Of a DNA stretch of 64,000 nt, positions 57,372 to 64,000 are shown piece after piece; within the stretch, counting starts at the first letter, position 1; each line of letters opens with the position of its first letter. A program made the translations under genes and the position numbers. The notes beneath the pieces were generated by a model that was not told the DNA's origin, ran no database searches, and was given only the letters and a program-made list of their open reading frames with translations. The DNA is taken from assembly GCA_027621365.1 (NCBI GenBank), contig JAQCBH010000005.1, positions 54,658 to 118,657 of the forward strand, read 5' to 3'. Source of the stretch: Bacteroidota bacterium. Its GTDB lineage: Bacteria; Bacteroidota; Bacteroidia; NS11-12g; UBA955.

Positions 57372-59705
57372 ATGGCTCTGCTGTTGTTCCTCTCCAGCTG
57401 CGGGGTAAAACGCTGCATTCCCGAGGGTCGCTTGTTGCTCAAACAAAACAGCATCACCCTGGTGGAGACCGAATCGGTCCCCTTTCGACCCAACAGAGAC
57501 GAGCTGCAAGCACAAATTTTGCATAGACCCAATAAGCGGGTTTTGTTCAACAAGTTGCCCATTTACCTGTGGTTCTATGCCCTGGGTTATGACGCCAAAG
57601 ACACCAGCAAAATCAGCCAAAGTGCGTTTCGCAGCCGATTGGTGAAACAAATGGGGGAAGAACCCATGCTCGTTGACAAGAGCTTGGCTCAACTCTCAGC
57701 CAACAACATTCGCAATTACCTGTTCAACAAAGGGTTTTTTGATGCCGAAGTGGGCTATTCCATCGAGGTACACGGTCACAAGGGAGCTGTGCGCTACCAC
57801 GTGTACTCGGGCCTGCCTTACCGCATCAACTCGGTCTTCAAAAACACCGCTGATTCTGGAATGGCCACATTGGTCGACAGCCTAACCAAATCGATGAATA
57901 CCTTTCGTCTCTGGTGGCCCAGCGACTTGAATCGATTCAAAACTGCCCGGGAAGAATTGACCAGCCAGCTGAGAGACTTGGGCTATTACGGCCTGCAACC
58001 CAGCGTATTTCACTACGACATCGACACCTTGTTCGCCAAAAAGGAGGCCCAAATCACCCTGTACATGGATGGCCAAGCCGATGGGGAGCCCTATCAAGTC
58101 TGGAAATTTGGCAGCGTGTACATGGACATTCAGTGCCCCGATGACTATGCCCTAAATCCCCTGTATCATGAATGGGCACACTTGGGAGCCCATCACTACA
58201 AAATGAATCATTATGCGCTGAAGCCCTTTGTACTTCGCAAGGTGATTTTGATCGACAGCGGGCAGCGTTATTCCCAGACCCGCATCAACCAGACCTACCG
58301 CGGATTGGTCGACATGGGCCTTTTTTCTTACGTAGAATTTCGTCTGGAGCCAGACTCCCAACAGCACGTGCTCAACGTTCGCATCCAAACCCAAGCCCTT
58401 CCGCGAATTCGCTGGATGGTCGAGCCCCAAATGCTCTATAGCCCCCAAGGAAGCAGCGGCACGAACTTCACTTCCAGCACCCAACGCAGTTTTGGCTTGG
58501 CCGGAATCATGTCCTTCAACAACTTGAACGCCATGGGCAACGGAGAACAGCTTCGACTCTCCGCCCTGACTTCGTTCGAAGCCATTTTCAAACGCAATGA
58601 CCTCGGCAATTTCGCCTACGGCTTGCAACAAGGATTCTCGGCCAGCATGACCGTTCCCAGCTTTCGCCTGCTGGATAAAATGGATGCCAAAAACCAGTAC
58701 GAGCGCAAAAACACCGTCTTCAGTTTGAGCTACCAAACCGAGAGCAACCCCAACTTTTTGCGCACCTCCCTGCCCGCCTCCTTCTCCCTGCAGTTCATTC
58801 GCCCCAACTTCAGCTGGTACTACACCCCGCTCGAATTCAGCTACAACCAAAACGAATTGGACCCCGCTTTCCTACCCCAGCTCAGCACCCTAGACCAGGA
58901 GTTTGTTCGCCGCGTATTCACCGACCAATTGATCACCGCCGCCAAAGTGGGCATGGTATACTCCAACAACCAAGACAAGCCCGGACAGAGCTACTTCTTC
59001 TCTCGCTTAGGTTTGGAAACCAGTGGCAACATGCACCGCCTGGGACGCTACTTGTTCGAACCCAATTACAACCCCGATTCCAATTACCAATTCTTTGGTG
59101 TGAACTACTTCCAGTACGCCAAATTGGGAGCCGAAATTCGGGTGCGTCACCACATCGACGAATTGAACACCATCGCCGTGCGATTGAATTCGGGCCTGGC
59201 CCTACCCTACTGGAACAGCGATGTGGTGCCCTACGACAAACGCTATTTCATCGGGGGTTCCAACAGCCTGCGGGCTTGGCAGCCCCGCCGCTTGGGTCCC
59301 GGAGCCACGCCAGAATCGGTGGGCAGCTTGATTGACCGATCGGGCGAGTTGCTGCTGGAAGCTTCGATTGAATACCGCTTTGGGGTGATCAAGAATTTCT
59401 TGGAAAGTGCCCTGTTTTTGGATGCCGGAAACATCTGGAACCTGAGTGTAGCCGGAGTCTCCAATCCCGATTACGGCGTATTCAACCGCAATACGTTCTT
59501 GTCGGAAGTAGCGCTCAACACCGGCATAGGTTTTCGATTCGATGTCGAAATCTTCATGTTCCGAGTCGACTGGGGAATTCCCATTCGAGACCCCAGTAAG
59601 CCCCTTGACCAGCGCTGGGTCATGAAGCAAATTCCGAGCACAGGTTTGGCCAATTGGACCTTCAAGGAGACGGCCGTGGCCATCGGCATAGGCTACCCAT
59701 TTTAA
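57372..59705 (+). CDS. Omp85-family (BamA/TamA-like) outer-membrane protein. The start was placed at MALLLFLSSCG; 57324 is the alternative.
   Basis: N-terminal signal peptide with SSCG. POTRA-like region. C-terminal 16-strand barrel with GGSNSLRAW, ending …AIGIGYPF. Confidence 0.85.
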   Translation: MALLLFLSSCGVKRCIPEGRLLLKQNSITLVETESVPFRPNRDELQAQILHRPNKRVLFNKLPIYLWFYALGYDAKDTSKISQSAFRSRLVKQMGEEPMLVDKSLAQLSANNIRNYLFNKGFFDAEVGYSIEVHGHKGAVRYHVYSGLPYRINSVFKNTADSGMATLVDSLTKSMNTFRLWWPSDLNRFKTAREELTSQLRDLGYYGLQPSVFHYDIDTLFAKKEAQITLYMDGQADGEPYQVWKFGSVYMDIQCPDDYALNPLYHEWAHLGAHHYKMNHYALKPFVLRKVILIDSGQRYSQTRINQTYRGLVDMGLFSYVEFRLEPDSQQHVLNVRIQTQALPRIRWMVEPQMLYSPQGSSGTNFTSSTQRSFGLAGIMSFNNLNAMGNGEQLRLSALTSFEAIFKRNDLGNFAYGLQQGFSASMTVPSFRLLDKMDAKNQYERKNTVFSLSYQTESNPNFLRTSLPASFSLQFIRPNFSWYYTPLEFSYNQNELDPAFLPQLSTLDQEFVRRVFTDQLITAAKVGMVYSNNQDKPGQSYFFSRLGLETSGNMHRLGRYLFEPNYNPDSNYQFFGVNYFQYAKLGAEIRVRHHIDELNTIAVRLNSGLALPYWNSDVVPYDKRYFIGGSNSLRAWQPRRLGPGATPESVGSLIDRSGELLLEASIEYRFGVIKNFLESALFLDAGNIWNLSVAGVSNPDYGVFNRNTFLSEVALNTGIGFRFDVEIFMFRVDWGIPIRDPSKPLDQRWVMKQIPSTGLANWTFKETAVAIGIGYPF

Positions 59706-59711
59706 GCCTTT

Positions 59712-60512
59712 TTGCTGCTTATCTTTGTGTTCATGCGATTGCTGTTTTTACTGCCCTTGACGCTCTTGATGGATGCCTGTGCCAGCTTGGTTGGCAACCT
59801 CAATGTCTTCCCCGTTCAGTACGACAAAGATTTGGGGGCCCAGGTCGCCCGCAACATCGATTCCACGAACGCGGCCACCTTGTTGGATTCTGCTCAGCAC
59901 GTCGAGTTGTACGCCTACCTCTACGGCATTCGCGATTCCATTTTGAAAACCGGACAGCTCGAGCACAGCGCTGACTTTGCCTGGAGATTGCGCATACTCA
60001 ACGACAGCACCTTGAACGCTTTCTGCACCCCCGGCGGATACATTTATTTCTACACCGGATTGATGCGTTACCTGGAAAGCGAAGACCAACTCGCTGGTGT
60101 CATGGCCCATGAAATGGCTCATGCTGACAAGCGTCACTCCACCGATGCGTTGACCCGTCAATACGGAACTGAAATCCTCCTGACGCTAGCCTTGGGCGGC
60201 GCCCAACCTTCCATGCTTCTTCAAATTGCCGAAGGATTGACCCATCTATCGTACGGCCGCAGCGCCGAAACCGAGTCAGATTTGAGCAGCGTGGATTGGC
60301 TGTACAAAACCGCCTACAACCCCACTGGAGCTGCTGGCTTTTTCAAGAAAATGCTGGATAGCAAAGCCCAAGAACCTCCTCAATTTTTGAGCACTCACCC
60401 CAATTCCGACAACCGCGTAGAAGCCATGACTGAACATTGGCAGTCGCTAGGTGGCAAGACCGGCCAAACCTTTGAAGAGCGCTACAAAGCCAAACTCAAA
60501 CTCATACCTTGA
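59712..60512 (+). CDS. M48-family zinc metalloprotease, lipoprotein-type and without TPR repeats.
   Basis: Signal peptide with a Cys in LLMDAC. HEXXH motif in VMAHEMAHADKRH. 6-bp gap after the Omp85 gene. Confidence 0.8.
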   Translation: MLLIFVFMRLLFLLPLTLLMDACASLVGNLNVFPVQYDKDLGAQVARNIDSTNAATLLDSAQHVELYAYLYGIRDSILKTGQLEHSADFAWRLRILNDSTLNAFCTPGGYIYFYTGLMRYLESEDQLAGVMAHEMAHADKRHSTDALTRQYGTEILLTLALGGAQPSMLLQIAEGLTHLSYGRSAETESDLSSVDWLYKTAYNPTGAAGFFKKMLDSKAQEPPQFLSTHPNSDNRVEAMTEHWQSLGGKTGQTFEERYKAKLKLIP

Positions 60513-61009
60513 TGAACGCGGTGGTCCGAACCCTTGCCTTGTTGCTTCTGTTGATTAGCCAACCCTTGTTTGGCCAACAGGACAGCTTGCCGAGTCAGGG
60601 CCAAAGCGAAAACGTAGCCGCCGTTCAATCTCTGTTGAACGAAGCTTACACCCATTTGAGGGTTCGCTATGTCTATGGAGGCAAAAGCCCAGCCGGCTTT
60701 GACTGCTCGGGCTATGTGGGCTATTGTTTCGGCCAAAGCTTAGAAATGAGCATGCCCAACCGCTCGGCCGATTACCGGGATTTTGGCTCTGAAATTTCGC
60801 TATTGGAGTGCCGTCCAGGCGATGTCATTTGTTTCTCAGGCCGCAACATCAATCGAACCATTGGCCATGTGGGAATCGTCATTGATGGTCACAGCGAAAA
60901 CCCGCTGTTCATTCATGCGTCAACCTCACAAGGCGTTCGAGTAGATGCCTTGCGCTCCCCCTATTTCGAACCCCGCTTCATCGGGGTTCGTCGGGTCATT
61001 CAGCCTTAG
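60509..61009 (+). CDS. NlpC/P60 (C40) cell-wall peptidase.
   Basis: Signal peptide. Catalytic Cys in GFDCSGYVGYCF. Catalytic His in GHVGIVIDG. 4-bp overlap with the M48 gene. Confidence 0.85.
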   Translation: MMNAVVRTLALLLLLISQPLFGQQDSLPSQGQSENVAAVQSLLNEAYTHLRVRYVYGGKSPAGFDCSGYVGYCFGQSLEMSMPNRSADYRDFGSEISLLECRPGDVICFSGRNINRTIGHVGIVIDGHSENPLFIHASTSQGVRVDALRSPYFEPRFIGVRRVIQP

Positions 61010-63548
61010 TTTCGGAACTTCCGCCCTTTTTGGAGCGAGAAGCTTTGGGTTTCACGACTCCCAAAGTCAGCTCATCGGCATCAGCCTTGCGGTCGACCTT
61101 GATGGTATCGCCCTCCTTCAAGGATCCTTGCAATACCTGCTCAGCCAACGGCTCTTCGAGGTACTTCTGCAAAGCTCGCTGCAAGGGTCGTGCTCCAAAA
61201 TCAGGATCAAAGCCTTTGTCAGCCAAAAACTCTTTGGCCCCATCGGTCAAGGTAACGCTGTATCCCAAAGCAGAAATGCGCTTGAGCATCTTGGCCATGC
61301 GAACATCCAAAATTTGAACGATTTCTTTTTTCTCCAAAGAGTTGAAGATGATCAAATCGTCTATACGGTTCAAGAACTCGGGAGAGAAGAACTTGCGAAT
61401 CTGGCCTTCGATGACCATTTTGGATTCCTTCTCTTTGCTCTCCTGCTTGTTATGAGTGCCAAAGCCGACACCGGTACCGAAGTCTTTCAACTGGCGTGAG
61501 CCGATGTTGGAGGTCATGATGATGACCGTATTTCTGAAGTCGATTTTGCGGCCCAGCGAGTCGGTCATTTGACCTTCGTCTAGTGTTTGCAAGAGCAAGT
61601 TGAACACATCGGGGTGGGCTTTCTCCACCTCATCGAACAGGACTACGCTGTAGGGCTTGCGGCGCACCTTTTCAGTCAGCATACCCCCTTCTTCGTATCC
61701 GACGTAACCTGGAGGCGCTCCGACCAAACGGCTTACGGCAAACTTCTCCATGAACTCGCTCATATCAATGCGAATCATGGCATCGTCGCTGTCGAACAAG
61801 AATTCGCTCAGGGCTTTGGCCAGCTCGGTCTTACCTACACCAGTGGGGCCTAGGAAAATGAACGAACCTATGGGGCGATTGGGTTCTTTGAAACCGGCCC
61901 GCGTGCGCTGAATGGTCTTGGTCATTTTTTCAATGGCCTTGTCCTGACCCACCACACGAGCCTTGAGAATTTCGCTCATTTGCAACAAGCGCTTGCCCTC
62001 GCTCTCGGTCATTCGCTTGACGGGAATGCCGGTCATCATGGAAATGACAGCGGCTATGTCTTCCTCACCTACCGCAAATCGCTTGTCGCGTGAAGAGCTC
62101 TCCCATTCGGCTTTGGCCACATCGAGTTGCTCCAAGAATTTCTTCTCCTTGTCGCGAAGGCGAGCCGCTTCTTCGAAGTTTTGGCTCTTGACCACCTTGT
62201 TTTTCTCTTCCTTGACACCCTCGATTTGGGCTTCCAAGTCCAAGATTTCATTGGGGACGTGAATGTTGGAGATGTGAACACGGGCTCCCGCCTCGTCCAA
62301 AATATCAATGGCCTTATCGGGCAAGTGACGATCGCTCATGTAGCGAACGCTCAACTCCACACAGGCTTTGATGGCATCGTCGCTGTATTGAACGCTATGG
62401 TGATCTTCGTATCGGGCTTTGATGTTGTGCAAAATCTCAACGGTTTCTTCAGCTGAAGCAGGCTCGATCAAGACCATTTGGAAACGGCGTTCCAAGGCAC
62501 CGTCTTTCTCAATATACTGGCGGTATTCATCCAGAGTGGTAGCACCGATGCATTGAATTTCGCCACGGGCCAGAGCAGGTTTGAACATGTTGCTGGCATC
62601 CAGAGAGCCGGAAGCTCCTCCAGCCCCAACAATGGTATGAATCTCGTCGATGAACAAAATGACATCGTCGGCCTTTTCCAATTCCATCATCAAGGCCTTC
62701 ATGCGCTCTTCAAATTGACCGCGGTACTTGGTACCGGCCACCATAGAAGCGATGTCCAAGCTCACCACGCGCTTGTTGAACAAGACGCGGCTCACCTTTC
62801 TTTGTATAATGCGCAAGGCCAAGCCCTCCGCAATGGCCGTTTTACCGACACCGGGCTCACCAATGAGCACAGGGTTGTTCTTTTTGCGGCGGCTGAGAAC
62901 CTGAGACACGCGCTCAATTTCTTTCTCGCGGCCAACGATGGGATCCAATTTACCCTCTTCGGCGGCCTTGGTCAAATCGCGACCAAAGTTGTCCAACACG
63001 GGAGTCTTGGTCTTGCCTTTTCCTCCTCGGGTTTGGTCTTTTTGGCGCTGTTCCTCGCGGTAGAAATCTTCGGGAGTATCTTGATCGTCGTTAGGCAATT
63101 CTCCTTTGATGGTCTCTACTCCTTCTTCTAGGGCAGCTTTGAACACGTCGTAATTGACCCCGTATTGGTTGAGCACCTTGGAGGCCATGTTGTCCTCATC
63201 GCGCAATATAGACAAGAGCAAATGTTCGGTTCCTATTAGATCTGTTTTGAAAATCTTCGCTTCCAAATAGGTGATTTTCAGGGCTTTTTCGGCTTGCTTG
63301 GTCAAGGGAATGTTTCCCAAATTGGCTGTTTTGGAAGCCGTGGTCTTGATCGCATCTTCGATGCTTTTTTTCAAACGCAAGGTGTCGATGTCCAACATCT
63401 TTATGGTTTGAATGGCCTTCCCTTCGCCTTCGCGTATCAAGCCCAACAACAGGTGCTCACACCCAATGTAATCGTGGCCCAAACGAATGGCTTCCTCTCG
63501 GCTGAACTGGATCACTTCTTTGACCCTGGGAGAAAATTTAGCTTCCAT
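60996..63548 (-). CDS. clpC: ATP-dependent Clp protease ATP-binding subunit ClpC.
   Basis: Two Clp_N repeats. Walker A motifs VLIGEPGVGKTAIAEGLA and FLGPTGVGKTELAKAL. UVR-like linker. The start was placed at MEAKFSPRV. Confidence 0.9.
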   Translation of the reverse strand: MEAKFSPRVKEVIQFSREEAIRLGHDYIGCEHLLLGLIREGEGKAIQTIKMLDIDTLRLKKSIEDAIKTTASKTANLGNIPLTKQAEKALKITYLEAKIFKTDLIGTEHLLLSILRDEDNMASKVLNQYGVNYDVFKAALEEGVETIKGELPNDDQDTPEDFYREEQRQKDQTRGGKGKTKTPVLDNFGRDLTKAAEEGKLDPIVGREKEIERVSQVLSRRKKNNPVLIGEPGVGKTAIAEGLALRIIQRKVSRVLFNKRVVSLDIASMVAGTKYRGQFEERMKALMMELEKADDVILFIDEIHTIVGAGGASGSLDASNMFKPALARGEIQCIGATTLDEYRQYIEKDGALERRFQMVLIEPASAEETVEILHNIKARYEDHHSVQYSDDAIKACVELSVRYMSDRHLPDKAIDILDEAGARVHISNIHVPNEILDLEAQIEGVKEEKNKVVKSQNFEEAARLRDKEKKFLEQLDVAKAEWESSSRDKRFAVGEEDIAAVISMMTGIPVKRMTESEGKRLLQMSEILKARVVGQDKAIEKMTKTIQRTRAGFKEPNRPIGSFIFLGPTGVGKTELAKALSEFLFDSDDAMIRIDMSEFMEKFAVSRLVGAPPGYVGYEEGGMLTEKVRRKPYSVVLFDEVEKAHPDVFNLLLQTLDEGQMTDSLGRKIDFRNTVIIMTSNIGSRQLKDFGTGVGFGTHNKQESKEKESKMVIEGQIRKFFSPEFLNRIDDLIIFNSLEKKEIVQILDVRMAKMLKRISALGYSVTLTDGAKEFLADKGFDPDFGARPLQRALQKYLEEPLAEQVLQGSLKEGDTIKVDRKADADELTLGVVKPKASRSKKGGSSETKAE

Positions 63549-63556
63549 GCTTGCAT

Positions 63557-63564
63557 CAAATTTA
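63557..63564 (-). promoter_or_regulatory. Putative -7 box TAAATTTG 8 nt upstream of the clpC ATG.
   Basis: The minus strand reads gaTAAATTTGatgcaagcATGGAAGCT. Confidence 0.3.
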
Positions 63565-63741
63565 TCATCAACGGGCGTATTCGCGAACGACAGTAACGCA
63601 CATGCCGTCTGAATGTCCCGTGAACCACACAATGCCAAAGCCATGCCAACTTATGCACTTGTTCTTCACCGGCTCTGTGAACAATTTTTATACCTGACAT
63701 ACTGTCGCAATTCAGGCGCTATGTCATTACTTTGAAAGACT

Positions 63742-64000
63742 ATGGACAACCCAAGCATGAGCAAACGCAGTCGAACCCCTCAAGTGAACAAAGCACTTGT
63801 CGGAGACATGGCGGGCCGCACAGCCCCGCATTCTATCGAACTGGAAGAAGCCGTTCTGGGTGCCATTCTGTTGGAAAAAGAGGCCCTGAGCAAGGTGGTT
63901 GACATCTTGAGCAAGGATCACTTTTACAACGAGGCCAACGCCACCATTTTTGAATGCATTTTGCGCATTTACGCCGATGGGGGAACAGCCATTGATTTGC
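63742..64000 (+). CDS. dnaB: Replicative DNA helicase DnaB. This is a 5' fragment that continues beyond the window.
   Basis: My translation MDNPSMSKRSRTPQVNKALVGDMAGRTAPHSIELEEAVLGAILLEKEALSKVVDILSKDHFYNEANATIFECILRIY matches the DnaB N-domain (PHSIEAEQAVLG…F…H..IF.AI pattern). Confidence 0.65.
   Translation, partial: MDNPSMSKRSRTPQVNKALVGDMAGRTAPHSIELEEAVLGAILLEKEALSKVVDILSKDHFYNEANATIFECILRIYADGGTAIDL

Noticed and set aside
1-64000. tRNA genes, CRISPR repeats, and transposase, integrase or other mobile elements
   Set aside because: Every intergenic gap of 75 bp or more was read. None has tRNA-like T-arm or anticodon features, no short direct repeats are spaced regularly, and no recombinase-like proteins are present.

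Overview
This is a gene-dense Bacteroidota-type chromosomal segment with about 60 protein-coding genes and no rRNA, tRNA, CRISPR array, transposase or integrase. That phylum call rests on T9SS C-terminal sorting domains on four proteins, TAnnTTTG -7 promoter boxes, tandem skp/ompH genes and a crtZ-crtI-crtB carotenoid operon. Most genes are recognisable housekeeping functions: mtaB-like, lgt (partial, at the window edge), an Hsp70, recO, fbp, lysC, dsbD, gmhA, nupG, fadD-like, nifU, radA, murB, truB, pabB, uvrC, murI, rpsF-rpsR-rplI, rpmH-rnpA-yidD (rpmH is missing from the ORF track), metG, clpC and a dnaB 5' fragment. ORF-track start codons marked M are sometimes GTG or TTG, so several starts were re-placed. 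The parts worth a second look are listed here. (1) A four-gene putative heme/TonB uptake module with two HmuY-like paralogs, one T9SS-secreted and one lipid-anchored, plus a PD40 beta-propeller. (2) A translationally coupled trmH - 1116-aa membrane-anchored coiled-coil protein - DCC oxidoreductase - metG operon. (3) An Omp85-family barrel, M48 protease and NlpC/P60 operon. (4) A near-perfect 95-bp tandem duplication of a gene 3' end. (5) A 'cargo-less' T9SS CTD mini-protein coupled to GNAT and rhomboid genes. (6) A lone LuxE-like adenylating enzyme next to an MMPL exporter. (7) An 11-bp perfect inverted repeat whose arms are -7 boxes for divergent, nearly leaderless genes. (8) A crt operon that lacks a lycopene cyclase, with a DUF422-like gene 5 kb away. 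I found no obvious defence or mobile system. All functional calls come from reading motifs in the translations, not from database searches.
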